Shown: positions 41,170-51,008 of the stretch, piece after piece
Layout: every line of letters begins with the position of its first letter
How positions within the stretch are numbered: position 1 is the first letter of the stretch
From: Arcobacteraceae bacterium
Lineage (GTDB): Bacteria > Campylobacterota > Campylobacteria > Campylobacterales > Arcobacteraceae
Direction of reading: 5' to 3'
DNA: 64,000 nucleotides
NCBI GenBank assembly: GCA_963662945.1
Contig: OY759974.1
Location: forward strand, 416,001 to 480,000
The notes under the pieces: generated by a model
Database searches by the model: none
What the model saw: only the letters and a program-made list of their open reading frames with translations
What the model was told of the DNA's origin: nothing
Position numbers and translations under genes: made by a program

Positions 41170-41970
41170 TTAATACGATTTTAACTTCGCTATCTCCTCA
41201 TTACTAAACCCTGCTTTTATCCTAGCTTCTACATTTATATGCTTATTTTTTTTAAAAGAGTTTGGATAAATTTCATTGACAATTTTGAAATAGTCACAAC
41301 TAAAATTTTCTTTTTTGTCACAACCATATTTATACCAAAAATCACCTTTTTTTACATGACTAACCTCTTCTTCAAGAATAACTTCTAAAGCTGTTACTAT
41401 CGCTTGGGTATTTGGAAAATTTTTTAATTTGTTGATAATCATCATATTTGCATCTAAACCATTTGCTTCCATATATCTAGGAATAAGTGCCATTCGAGGA
41501 ATAAGCTCTAATGTTTTCATGGAAGCATCAAATAATCCTTGATGAACATCATAATCTCCATATTTTTTTCCATATTGTTTAAGTAGTTTTTCAATCATTA
41601 TAAAATGTCGTATCTCATCATCTGCTACTTCCATCCAGTCTTTATAAAACTCATAAGGCATCTTTTGAAATCTATAACACGCATCAAGTGCTAAATCAAT
41701 TGCACTATACTCAATATGAGCTACTGCATGTAAAAGATTTATAATCCCCTCTTTTGTATCAAGTCTTTCCCTTTTTGGTACTGCACTTGTGTGGACAATA
41801 TTACAAATATTTTTATAAGAGGGTTCACTAAAAACTTCAATTGTTTCAAGAGGTGTAAAATCAACTTTTTGATTCAAAAATTCTTCGTATAATAACTGAA
41901 ACTTATAAAACTTTTCTATAGGATTTGTCGATAACAAGGTATCTTTTACATTTAAAAAATAATTATTCAT
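41170..41970 (-). CDS. Ferritin-like DUF455 protein
   Basis: HAVAHIEYSAIDLA, DEIRHF, EANGLD, EEVSHV. Confidence 0.88.
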   Translation of the reverse strand: MNNYFLNVKDTLLSTNPIEKFYKFQLLYEEFLNQKVDFTPLETIEVFSEPSYKNICNIVHTSAVPKRERLDTKEGIINLLHAVAHIEYSAIDLALDACYRFQKMPYEFYKDWMEVADDEIRHFIMIEKLLKQYGKKYGDYDVHQGLFDASMKTLELIPRMALIPRYMEANGLDANMMIINKLKNFPNTQAIVTALEVILEEEVSHVKKGDFWYKYGCDKKENFSCDYFKIVNEIYPNSFKKNKHINVEARIKAGFSNEEIAKLKSY

Positions 41971-42052
41971 AATGATATTATATAATAATTTTATTAATTC
42001 TTTCAGTCATTTTATGCTATTGTATGCAAAATAAAAAATAAGGATTATCATT

Positions 42053-42415
42053 ATGTATTTAGTGGTAGATGATTCACGTATGGCACGTAAAATGGCTGTG
42101 AAAAACTTAACATTAGTTGTGGGAGAAACAGCCAAGATAATTGAAGCACAAGATGGTCAAGAGGCTGTAGAGCTTTATAAGACTTATAAACCGACAATTT
42201 GTTTTATGGATTTAACTATGCCAATTATGGATGGTTTTGAAGCTATTAAAGAGATATGTAAGTTTGATCCAGATGCAAAAATCATTGTAATCAGTGCAGA
42301 TATACAAGAGCTTTCTATGAAGAAAGCAAAAGATAACGGTGCCATTGGATTTATAAAAAAACCTATTAGTCAAGATAATTTAAAAAGTATGTTAACAACA
42401 TTGGGATTGGTATAA
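42053..42415 (+). CDS. Single-domain CheY-like response regulator
   Basis: VVDDS, MDLTMP, KKP. Confidence 0.9.
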   Translation: MYLVVDDSRMARKMAVKNLTLVVGETAKIIEAQDGQEAVELYKTYKPTICFMDLTMPIMDGFEAIKEICKFDPDAKIIVISADIQELSMKKAKDNGAIGFIKKPISQDNLKSMLTTLGLV

Positions 42416-43033
42416 ATGGAAAATATAATTGAATTAAATGAAGATGAAAAAGATTGTTTACAAGAATTAATGAATATCTCTTATGGTGCAGCAACAGCTG
42501 CAATTTCCGAAATAATAGGAAAATTTGCCACATTAAGTATCCCAAATATTGATACTATCTCATCAAAAGATTTAGTTGCACATCTTAATCAAAAACTATT
42601 AAGTAAAAATAAATATTATGTTGCAAATCAACTGATTAATGGCTATCTTGCTGGTGAAAATATTTTTATTATTGATGAAGTTTCGAGCATTAATTTAGCA
42701 CGTGAATTTGATTTAGATGAAGATGAAATAAATGAAAATGAGATCAAAGATATAATCCTTGAAATTACAAATATTCTTTCTTCAGCAACTTCAGGAAAAC
42801 TGGCAAGCTTAGTAGATACAAGTATCTCTTTTAGTGCCCCACACATCACTAAAATAAACTCAATTGATGAATTTGACAAAAGATTTGAGGGGGAATATAG
42901 TCATGTGATTATTATCTCTACTGAATTAAATTTTAAAGAACAAAATATAAAAGGTGAATTGATGATACTTACAAAAAGAGAATCATCAATTTTTCTAAAA
43001 AAAGCACTTGATAATGCTTTAGATAATCTCTAA
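42416..43033 (+). CDS. CheC-like phosphatase
   Basis: Two E-x-x-N motifs (QELMNI, LEITNI). Confidence 0.8.
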   Translation: MENIIELNEDEKDCLQELMNISYGAATAAISEIIGKFATLSIPNIDTISSKDLVAHLNQKLLSKNKYYVANQLINGYLAGENIFIIDEVSSINLAREFDLDEDEINENEIKDIILEITNILSSATSGKLASLVDTSISFSAPHITKINSIDEFDKRFEGEYSHVIIISTELNFKEQNIKGELMILTKRESSIFLKKALDNALDNL

Positions 43034-43047
43034 ATTAGGAATTTATA

Positions 43048-43977
43048 ATGCAAATAGATAACAATATAATTTTTAATACTGTTAATAATGGAATTATTAT
43101 TCTTGATGAAGATTTAAATGTAAAAGCTTGGAATAAGTGGCTTGAAATTTTTACTAAAGTGAAAGAAAAAGATATTATTGGAAAAAGTCTTTGTCAATAT
43201 TTTCCTTATATCAATGAAAAAAAACTCAGAAGAAAAGCAAAAACTGTTTTAGTAACAAAAAATCCTTCTTTTTTAAGTCTTAATACAAATAGATATCTTA
43301 TAAATATCCCTGTTAGTAATGTTACAAATACTGTTTTTGAATCTATGCAACAAGATATTACAATACTTCCTTATGATTTAGAGAAAAAATACATTTGTAT
43401 CTATATTTATGACAATACTTTAATGTGTGAGATTAACCAAAAACTTGAACGGGCAAATGAAGAACTTATTGATATGTCTCATAGAGACCCTTTAACACAG
43501 ATTTTTAATAGAAGATATTTTTCAGAACAATCAAAAAAAATCAAATCATTCTCACAAAGAAACAATAATATCCCATTTAGTATTATAACTTTAGATATTG
43601 ATAAATTCAAAAAAATCAATGATACCTATGGACACTTAGTTGGAGATGAAGTTATCATAAAAGTTGCCCACATTATTGAGGAAGAGGTAAGAACAAGTGA
43701 TATTGTTGCAAGATTTGGTGGGGAAGAATTTGTTATGTTACTCCAAGACTGTGACCTTGACAATGCTTATAAAGTAGCTGAAAAAGTACGACAAGATATA
43801 GAAAAAGCATCTATACCAGTACATATTGATACCGACGTAAAATTTACCGTTAGTATTGGTGTTGCTCAATTTAGTGAAGCAGATAATAATAATATAGAAC
43901 TCACTCTTTCACGAGCTGATGAAGCACTTTATAAAGCAAAAAATATTGGAAGAAATAAAACTGTAGTATCATACTAA
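43048..43977 (+). CDS. PAS-GGDEF diguanylate cyclase
   Basis: PAS-like N-terminus; DIDKFKKINDTYGH; RFGGEEF with I-site RTSD. Confidence 0.9.
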   Translation: MQIDNNIIFNTVNNGIIILDEDLNVKAWNKWLEIFTKVKEKDIIGKSLCQYFPYINEKKLRRKAKTVLVTKNPSFLSLNTNRYLINIPVSNVTNTVFESMQQDITILPYDLEKKYICIYIYDNTLMCEINQKLERANEELIDMSHRDPLTQIFNRRYFSEQSKKIKSFSQRNNNIPFSIITLDIDKFKKINDTYGHLVGDEVIIKVAHIIEEEVRTSDIVARFGGEEFVMLLQDCDLDNAYKVAEKVRQDIEKASIPVHIDTDVKFTVSIGVAQFSEADNNNIELTLSRADEALYKAKNIGRNKTVVSY

Positions 43978-44817
43978 CAGTTTCATTCTAGTTCCAATAT
44001 TTGCCATCCCACACGTATATACTTTACTTGTAACAATGCCATCAATTCCAGTGGCGGCAAACTCTTTTGCATTATTAATATCAATACCTCCAGAAGCTAA
44101 AACTTTAACAGATTGAAATTTTTTATTTTTATACTCAATAATTTTTTCTAAGGTTTCAACAGTTACTTTGTCCATTTGTAATACATCTGCACCATGCATC
44201 ATAACTCTTATTGCATCTTCTAAATTATCTGATTCTACTACTATCTTTTTTTCTGGTACTTTTCGTTTTAAATTATAAATATTTTCATAAAATTCTTGAT
44301 TAGAGTTATAAACTATTCTATGATTCTCAAAAAACACTATTGTTTCACCAAGATTTAATCTATGTGGCATTCCCCCGCCAGTAAGAATTGATTTTATACA
44401 AAACTTTTTTGCAAAAGGAAAAGTTTTTCGTGTAGTTAATAACTCACAATGTTGGTTTGTTTTTTTCATCTCTTTTTTCATATTATAAGTATATGTTGTC
44501 ATTTTACAACTATACTCAAGTAAAACTTGTGCTGGTCTCCATGCTTTATGTACATTGTTATAATCCCCACTAAACTTCAATAAAGTCTCACCTTCTTTTG
44601 CTTTTTGTTTAGAAGAGATATAAAAATCTACATCACAACCCAATAATTTTACTATTCTACAAGCTTCTTCCATACAAGATACAATAACATTTTCTCTCGT
44701 AACGATTTCCAAACTTACATATTTATCTTGAATATCTTGTAAATGTGTGGTTAAATCTAGATATGGAATATCTTCATTTATATATTGTTCTAATTCATAA
44801 TCACTAAAATGTACCAA
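43969..44817 (-). CDS. modD: ModD protein (quinolinate phosphoribosyltransferase-like)
   Basis: EDIPYLDLTT, TTRKTFP, GGGMPHRLNL, SGGI; at the end of the mod cluster. Confidence 0.85.
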   Translation of the reverse strand: MVHFSDYELEQYINEDIPYLDLTTHLQDIQDKYVSLEIVTRENVIVSCMEEACRIVKLLGCDVDFYISSKQKAKEGETLLKFSGDYNNVHKAWRPAQVLLEYSCKMTTYTYNMKKEMKKTNQHCELLTTRKTFPFAKKFCIKSILTGGGMPHRLNLGETIVFFENHRIVYNSNQEFYENIYNLKRKVPEKKIVVESDNLEDAIRVMMHGADVLQMDKVTVETLEKIIEYKNKKFQSVKVLASGGIDINNAKEFAATGIDGIVTSKVYTCGMANIGTRMKLLV

Positions 44818-44846
44818 AAAATTTTCCTTTTTATTTTCATTGTTGC

Positions 44847-44878
44847 TTGGTTTATTTCATTAAAATGAAATAAACCAA
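44847..44878. other. Intergenic stem-loop between the molbindin gene and modD
   Basis: TTGGTTTATTTCATT-aa-AATGAAATAAACCAA, perfect 15-bp stem. Confidence 0.7.
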
Positions 44879-44884
44879 AATGTC

Positions 44885-45298
44885 TTAAGCAATTAATATA
44901 ACACTTGAAGCTTTAAAGATTGCATAAACCGTATCACCTTTTGCAATTAATAAATCTTCAACTGACTCATTTGTCACTATAGCACATATAATACTATCTC
45001 CTACTGCCAGCTTCACTTCACTATTAACTGCACCTTTAATTACTTCTGTAACTACACCTTTGAGATTATTTCTTGCCGTTGCTTTTAATACAGATTTACT
45101 TAAAATAATTGAAGACGCTTTTACAATAGTACCCACAGTATCCCCAATACTCAAACCTAAAGCTTCTTTACCTTCATTTGTCACTGTAGCACAAATATGT
45201 ACCGCATCTGAAACTTCAACTTTAACTTCAGTCATAACTGCACCATTGATAAACTCAACAATTTTACCACTTAATTGATTTCTAGCACTTGTTTTCAT
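44885..45298 (-). CDS. Di-TOBE molybdate-binding protein (molbindin/ModG-like)
   Basis: SARNQL...KASS repeated as TARNNL...KASS. Confidence 0.9.
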   Translation of the reverse strand: MKTSARNQLSGKIVEFINGAVMTEVKVEVSDAVHICATVTNEGKEALGLSIGDTVGTIVKASSIILSKSVLKATARNNLKGVVTEVIKGAVNSEVKLAVGDSIICAIVTNESVEDLLIAKGDTVYAIFKASSVILIA

Positions 45299-45363
45299 TG
45301 AAAACTCCTTATATTAAAATTAAATCCTTTAGCATTTCCGCTAAAAGACTTAAATTTAATATA

Positions 45364-46041
45364 CTAAATAACTTTCTCTTTTTTTTGTAAAATACTTAAA
45401 CTTATAAAAAATATTAAAGATGTCACAACTAAAATACCACTTAAAATCATTGCCAAGTCATACTCTCCATCAAAAACAGCATTATAAATTGCCAAAGATA
45501 CCGTATCTGTTTTTCCTACAATATTTCCACCTAACATTAAAGTAATTCCAACTTCACCTAATGCCCTAGCAGTTGCAATCAATAAAGCAACTACAAGAGA
45601 ATTTTTTATTGTTGGCAAAACAATGAAAAGAAATGTCTTTACTTCACTTTTTCCACTGATAAACGAAGCTTCTTTTATCTGCTTTGGAAACTGTTCTATA
45701 CTTGATTGCAATGGTTTTACCATCAGTGGTAATCCAGCAACAAATCCAGCTATGACAATCCCTGTGAAACTAAATATTAGACTAATGTCAAACTTTTGGA
45801 GAAATGCCCCTAATGCTCCATCTCTTCCCAAAAGCAAAAGGAGAAAAAAGCCCACGGCAATCGGTGGAAAAATTAGAGGCATAGTAACTATGGTATCTAG
45901 TAACCATTTAAACTTTAAATTCTCTTTTGAGAGTAAATAAGCCAAAGGAACACCCAATACTATAAACAAAATAGCACTTACACTAATAGTTTTAACACTT
46001 AATAAAAGCGGTTGTGTTATGAGTGCAAGTTCTATATTCAT
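45364..46041 (-). CDS. modB: Molybdate ABC transporter permease (second copy)
   Basis: PLIFPPIAVG, ARALGEVG, GGNI. Confidence 0.85.
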   Translation of the reverse strand: MNIELALITQPLLLSVKTISVSAILFIVLGVPLAYLLSKENLKFKWLLDTIVTMPLIFPPIAVGFFLLLLLGRDGALGAFLQKFDISLIFSFTGIVIAGFVAGLPLMVKPLQSSIEQFPKQIKEASFISGKSEVKTFLFIVLPTIKNSLVVALLIATARALGEVGITLMLGGNIVGKTDTVSLAIYNAVFDGEYDLAMILSGILVVTSLIFFISLSILQKKEKVI

Positions 46042-46748
46042 TACAAACCATACTTTCTAAATATATCTTTTGAGGTTTGTGTTGCTAAAAATTCTACAAA
46101 TTTTTCACACTCTTTTGTATTACAGCTAGCCAGTTTTCCAGTAACTATCTCAATAGGCGAATAGTATTGTTGCGGTACTTCTATATATCCACCTATTTTA
46201 GCTTTGTTTGCCAAAGTAGCAGTAAGATTTACTATACCTGCATCTACTTCATTTGTAATCACGTAAGTCATAGATTGAGGTACTGTTGCAACTACATACA
46301 ATTTCTCTTTTACACTATCATACAATTTTGCATTTTTTAGAAATTGCTCACCAGCTATACCATAAATAGCTTTTTTTGGCTGAGGCATAGATATTTTTCC
46401 TATTGTATCTTTTGTTAAATCTCCAATTGAAGTTATGCTTTTTCCTTTTGGGTATGCAACTACAACTTTTCCTGTACCTAAATATAAATACTCTTTAAAA
46501 TCTAACTTACTTTTTTTTGATAAAAAGTTTTTATCCCCAACAATTACAGCAATATCAGTTTCTTTTGCTTGAGTAGTTATTTGTTTCATATTTCCAAAAA
46601 AAGCATCAATCTTGTCACCATTTTTTTCATACTCTTTTATCACATCCATCAAAGGTTTTTTATACCCAGCACCAGCTGCTACTTTTAAATTTGCTCCGTT
46701 TACAACTACACCTAAAGCTATCACACTTAATACTATTTTTTTTAACAT
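46041..46748 (-). CDS. modA: Molybdate ABC transporter substrate-binding protein (second, divergent copy)
   Basis: Signal peptide, AAGAGY, AIYG, TVPQ; ModE box upstream. Confidence 0.8.
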   Translation of the reverse strand: MLKKIVLSVIALGVVVNGANLKVAAGAGYKKPLMDVIKEYEKNGDKIDAFFGNMKQITTQAKETDIAVIVGDKNFLSKKSKLDFKEYLYLGTGKVVVAYPKGKSITSIGDLTKDTIGKISMPQPKKAIYGIAGEQFLKNAKLYDSVKEKLYVVATVPQSMTYVITNEVDAGIVNLTATLANKAKIGGYIEVPQQYYSPIEIVTGKLASCNTKECEKFVEFLATQTSKDIFRKYGL

Positions 46749-46752
46749 TTTC

Positions 46753-46780
46753 TTCCTTATATAATAAACTATACAACGAT
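46753..46780. promoter_or_regulatory. ModE box overlapping the modA2 RBS
   Basis: TTCCTTATATA-N6-TATACAACGAT versus consensus ATCGNTATATA-N6-TATATANCGAT. Confidence 0.75.
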
Positions 46781-46792
46781 AGTCAAATTTTT

Positions 46793-47647
46793 TTAAATTT
46801 TTTTTATAAGCGGTGTAAATGCTTTAGTACTTACAATAACACTTTGCCCCATCTTTAAAGTTGTTACTTCTTCATTGCTTACAACAACTTCAACTAATTG
46901 TTGACCAATAGATACAATAGCAATATTAATTACATCTACTTTTATAATATCTAATAACTCTCCTTCAAAAGAAAATTTTTGACTCCCACTAGTTTTAAGT
47001 AAAACATCTTTTGGTAATCCATCATTAATAATTTCACCATAATTTAAAACCACAACTCTAGAAGCTAATCTATAAATTTCACTTGGATCATGACTTACCA
47101 TAATAGTAGTAGTATTAAATTCTTTATGAAGTGTTAATATCTCATTTTGTAATTTTGTTCTCATAGTAGGATCAAGAGCAGAAAGTGGTTCATCCATTAG
47201 AAGTAACTTAGGTCTATTCATCATTGCTCGACATAAGCTTACACGCTGTTTTTGACCACCACTTAATGTGTTTGGCATTCTATGTTGTAATTCTATAAGT
47301 TCTGTCATATTCAAAAGTTTCTGTGCTAATTCTTTATCTTTTTGGACAAAAAGTAAATTATCTATGACACTCATATTTGGAAATAAAGCATAATCCTGAA
47401 ATACAAACCCTATTTTTCTTTTTTGAGCTGCTATTGTGTATGATTCATTTTGCCAAATTTCATCGCCAACTTGAATGATTCCATTTGATTTTTCAAGCCC
47501 TGCCAAGATTCGTAAAAGTGTTGTTTTCCCACTTCCACTTTGTCCAGCAAGAGCTACAAAATCACCTTTTTTTATATCTAAATTGACATTTAAATCCATT
47601 TGTCCATTTGCACCATGTAATTTTTTATTAATATTTATATGAATCAT
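46793..47647 (-). CDS. modC: Molybdate ABC transporter ATPase
   Basis: GQSGSGKTT, VFQDYALFP, LSGGQKQR, MDEP, C-terminal TOBE. Confidence 0.9.
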   Translation of the reverse strand: MIHININKKLHGANGQMDLNVNLDIKKGDFVALAGQSGSGKTTLLRILAGLEKSNGIIQVGDEIWQNESYTIAAQKRKIGFVFQDYALFPNMSVIDNLLFVQKDKELAQKLLNMTELIELQHRMPNTLSGGQKQRVSLCRAMMNRPKLLLMDEPLSALDPTMRTKLQNEILTLHKEFNTTTIMVSHDPSEIYRLASRVVVLNYGEIINDGLPKDVLLKTSGSQKFSFEGELLDIIKVDVINIAIVSIGQQLVEVVVSNEEVTTLKMGQSVIVSTKAFTPLIKKI

Positions 47648-47671
47648 TATTATTTCCAATCTCTTATAATT

Positions 47672-48214
47672 TTATGCAAATTCAACATTGCAAGCAAATA
47701 CTCTTTTATAAAGTTTTAATTTTTTTGTAAGTGGTAACCATTTTATAAGTAGTGTTGCTAAGGCTTCCCATAAAGAAACCCAACCTGCAACCAACATCCC
47801 TTCTGATACTATTTTGATGAAAAAATTCTCACTACCTCCTGTAAGCAGTGCACATGCAGTAAAAAATAATCCTATTACTATGAAGATAAAACTATTCTTT
47901 ATCTGCTCTCTCATCTTTTTTTTCTCTAAATCTTGTAAATATGAGAAATAATGTTTAATACTATTTCTTACTTTTTCTTGAAGTCCCTTATCTACTTTTT
48001 CTTCAATATAAAATTTAATATAAAAAGATTCTTTTCCTATTTCATTGACACTTTCTATTATATATTCTACAAGTTCTTGATCCAAATCTTTTTTTGAAAA
48101 AGATGATTTTTTATCAAACTCATTATATAAATCTTCAACTTTTACCGCTGATACTTTAATGATAACCTCTCCATTATCACTTATATCATATCGTTCTAGA
48201 ATCTTTTTTTTCAT
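47672..48214 (-). CDS. Hypothetical protein with two C-terminal TM helices
   Basis: 180-aa ORF between modB and modC; GWVSLWE. Confidence 0.7.
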   Translation of the reverse strand: MKKKILERYDISDNGEVIIKVSAVKVEDLYNEFDKKSSFSKKDLDQELVEYIIESVNEIGKESFYIKFYIEEKVDKGLQEKVRNSIKHYFSYLQDLEKKKMREQIKNSFIFIVIGLFFTACALLTGGSENFFIKIVSEGMLVAGWVSLWEALATLLIKWLPLTKKLKLYKRVFACNVEFA

Positions 48215-48217
48215 AAC

Positions 48218-48910
48218 TTATATCCCAGAGTTTTTATTTACTTTGCCATTAAATATATAAACACTTAACAACACTAAGAAACTAATCACTACCATAATTG
48301 CACTATAAATATGTGCCATTTTATAATCCATAATCTCAACAAATTCATAAATAGCAACTGATGCTACTTTTGTTTCATTAGGAATACTTCCACCAACCAT
48401 TAATACAACTCCAAACTCTCCAACTGTATGAGCAAAAGTAACAATAATTGCTGTCATTAAAGCTGGTTTTATATTTGGTATTGCAACTTTAATTATAGTT
48501 TCTACTTTTCCTTTTCCACTTATATAACTAGCTTCTAGCATATTTTTATTGATAGACTCAAAACCACTTTGAAGGGGTTGAACCATAAATGGTAAACTAT
48601 AAAAACAACTAGCAACAATAAGACCTGTAAAGTTAAAAACTAATTTCACTCCAAATACATCTTCAAAAAACATCCCTATAGGAGAGTTATGGGATAATGC
48701 AACGAGAATATAAAATCCCAATACAGAAGGAGGTAATACAATTGGCAAAGCTGTTAATGCTTCTAAAAATGGTTTTGCTTTTGAAGTAGTTTGAGATAAA
48801 TACCAACTCAGAGGAATACTAATAAAAAATAATATTGCAGTAGTAATCCCAGCCAATTTAAAAGATAATAAAAAAGGCTCAAATTCTATAGTTTGTAATA
48901 ATTCAATCAT
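48218..48910 (-). CDS. modB: Molybdate ABC transporter permease
   Basis: [29 protein letters not shown]. Confidence 0.92.
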   Translation of the reverse strand: MIELLQTIEFEPFLLSFKLAGITTAILFFISIPLSWYLSQTTSKAKPFLEALTALPIVLPPSVLGFYILVALSHNSPIGMFFEDVFGVKLVFNFTGLIVASCFYSLPFMVQPLQSGFESINKNMLEASYISGKGKVETIIKVAIPNIKPALMTAIIVTFAHTVGEFGVVLMVGGSIPNETKVASVAIYEFVEIMDYKMAHIYSAIMVVISFLVLLSVYIFNGKVNKNSGI

Positions 48911-49304
48911 TTATAATTTCCCCAATTGAGAGTTCACTTGCTTTTATCAATGCAGTAATTTTATCACCTACTTTCAAATCCATTTTTAATGAAGAGTTTA
49001 AAGTAATGATTGACTCCAAAGTAGTATCAACAAATGAAAGTTTCACACTACTTAAAAGTTGCCCATTTTCTATTGAAACAATAGTTGTATCAAGTTTATT
49101 AGAATAGCTCACTTCTCCACTAAAATTTTTTGCAATTGCTATGTGAGATGGTTTAATAAGTAATTTTACAACCGTACCAACTTGTATTTCATCACTCAAA
49201 CCTAAACTCATCATTGATAAAGTTTGACCTTTTAGGTCAAACTTCACAATATGCAAATTATCACAATTATTAATTTGAGATACAGTTGCAATTAAACTAC
49301 TCAT
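48903..49304 (-). CDS. TOBE-domain protein
   Basis: ESIIT...[15 protein letters not shown]. Confidence 0.85.
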   Translation of the reverse strand: MSSLIATVSQINNCDNLHIVKFDLKGQTLSMMSLGLSDEIQVGTVVKLLIKPSHIAIAKNFSGEVSYSNKLDTTIVSIENGQLLSSVKLSFVDTTLESIITLNSSLKMDLKVGDKITALIKASELSIGEIIND

Positions 49305-50056
49305 GGTACTAAATATCCATATTTTTTGAATATTGCTTTTGCTTTATCCCCTAAGATAAAATCATAAAAAGCTTTTGCTTCACTATTATCTTGAGCATTT
49401 TTAAGTATTACAATACCTTGATTAATTGGTGTATATAATTTTGGATCAACATCTGACCAATTAATACCCTCTTTATATTGAGCCATTTTAGGACTATATA
49501 ATGAAGACTTTGCAATAAATCCAATATCAGCAGCTGTTACAGCATATGATACTGTTTGAGAAATTGACTCTGCATATACAAATTTTCCTTCTACTTTATC
49601 ATAAACATTTGCATTCTTCATAGCTTCTACAGCTGCTTTTCCATAAGGTGCAGTTTTTGGATTTGCAACAGCAATTTTTGCTATATCTGCACTTTCAACT
49701 AAATGAATACCTTTTGAAAAATCTTGTTTTTTACTACTTAAATATGCAAGACTACCTTGAGCATAAACAATTGGCTTCGTTATAGCAATTCCATCACTAT
49801 ATAAAGCTTTTGGGTATTTCATATTTGCAGCCATAAATAATTGATATGGTGCACCATTTTTTATCTGAGCAGTTAACTTTCCACTACTTCCAAGTGTAAC
49901 TTGTACTTGTGTATCTGGATTTGTTTTATTAAACTCAGCTTTTAATTCATCAATAGCATAACTAACATTTGCAGCAACTGCAATATTTAATGTTCCTGCA
50001 TATAAAGAACCAACAAATAATAAACTTCCTAAAACTATTTTCTTTAACATTTTCAT
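49301..50056 (-). CDS. modA: Molybdate ABC transporter substrate-binding protein
   Basis: AVAAN, GSSGKL, NGAP, ANPKTAPYG. Confidence 0.92.
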   Translation of the reverse strand: MKMLKKIVLGSLLFVGSLYAGTLNIAVAANVSYAIDELKAEFNKTNPDTQVQVTLGSSGKLTAQIKNGAPYQLFMAANMKYPKALYSDGIAITKPIVYAQGSLAYLSSKKQDFSKGIHLVESADIAKIAVANPKTAPYGKAAVEAMKNANVYDKVEGKFVYAESISQTVSYAVTAADIGFIAKSSLYSPKMAQYKEGINWSDVDPKLYTPINQGIVILKNAQDNSEAKAFYDFILGDKAKAIFKKYGYLVP

Positions 50057-50060
50057 CCCT

Positions 50061-50843
50061 TTATTTTCCTATCATCACATCAGATGATTTTATAATAGCA
50101 CTTACACTATCACCAATTTGTAAATCTAAATTTCCTGTAGCATTTTTGGTAATAACAGATGCAATTTTATCCCCATTACCTATATCTACTAAAACTTCAC
50201 TGTTAATCTCACCTAAGTTTATATCAGTAATCTTACCTTGAAATTTATTTCTTGCACTTATATTGAGACTTAAATCAGTTGTTAAAAGAACTGAACTTGA
50301 TTTGAAAATAGCTACAACTTCATCTTTAAGCTGTAAATTTAAATTTTCTATTGCACCATTTGTAATAACACTTACTAATGTATATCCACTTTTTAATTTT
50401 ACATATACAGAAGAATTTACTTTTCCTTGCTCAATGTGTTCGACTGTTCCTTGTATCTGATTTCTTGCACTTATTTGCATTGAAAACCTTTCTAGAGATT
50501 TAAGGGCTCCTGTGTTAAAATCTGTCATCTTTGTCAATTGTGATAAAAACTTTTCATGTTCTTTTTGAAGAGTCGAATATGTTTTAATTAAGTTTTTACC
50601 ATAAGGTGTCACTTTTGCACCACCACCTCCAACACCACCTGTAGATTTCTCTACAACGGTTGTTGGACAAAGGTTGTTTATGGCATCGATAGCATCCCAT
50701 GCAGCTTTATAGCTCATGGGTACCTTTTTTGCAGCTTTACTAATAGAACCAGCCTCTTCTATATAACTTATGAGTTTGATTCTTTTTTCTAGTAGTAATG
50801 GTGTATCGCTATTAAATATTGTTAAAGATGATGAAAATTCCAC
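50061..50843 (-). CDS. modE: Molybdate-responsive regulator (wHTH plus two TOBE domains)
   Basis: GSISKAAK..MSYKAAW, GGVGGGGA, SARN twice. Confidence 0.92.
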   Translation of the reverse strand: MEFSSSLTIFNSDTPLLLEKRIKLISYIEEAGSISKAAKKVPMSYKAAWDAIDAINNLCPTTVVEKSTGGVGGGGAKVTPYGKNLIKTYSTLQKEHEKFLSQLTKMTDFNTGALKSLERFSMQISARNQIQGTVEHIEQGKVNSSVYVKLKSGYTLVSVITNGAIENLNLQLKDEVVAIFKSSSVLLTTDLSLNISARNKFQGKITDINLGEINSEVLVDIGNGDKIASVITKNATGNLDLQIGDSVSAIIKSSDVMIGK

Positions 50844-50849
50844 ATTGAG

Positions 50850-50877
50850 TTCCTTATATAAACTGGTACATAACGAT
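50850..50877. promoter_or_regulatory. ModE box overlapping the modE RBS
   Basis: TTCCTTATATA-N6-TACATAACGAT. Confidence 0.75.
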
Positions 50878-50913
50878 TTTTAAAAAAAATTCGCTATTCC
50901 CAACAAAAATATT

Positions 50914-50941
50914 ATCGTTATATAACTTAATATACAATGAA
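50914..50941. promoter_or_regulatory. Second ModE box upstream of modE
   Basis: ATCGTTATATA-N6-TATACAATGAA. Confidence 0.75.
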
Positions 50942-50946
50942 TATCT

Positions 50947-50978
50947 AAAAAAAACTAGAAGAAGTATCTTCTAGTTTT
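50947..50978 (-). terminator. Intrinsic terminator after nifK
   Basis: AAAACTAGAAGA-N4-TCTTCTAGTTTT with a T-run on the minus strand. Confidence 0.8.
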
Positions 50979-51008
50979 AATCTGTAAATTTCGAAATTAC
51001 TATTGAAA

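Noticed and set aside
41292-41324. GTCACAAC pair resembling the TGTGACA box
   Set aside because: It lies inside the DUF455 coding region, has 24-bp spacing, and is explained by two Cys-Asp codon pairs
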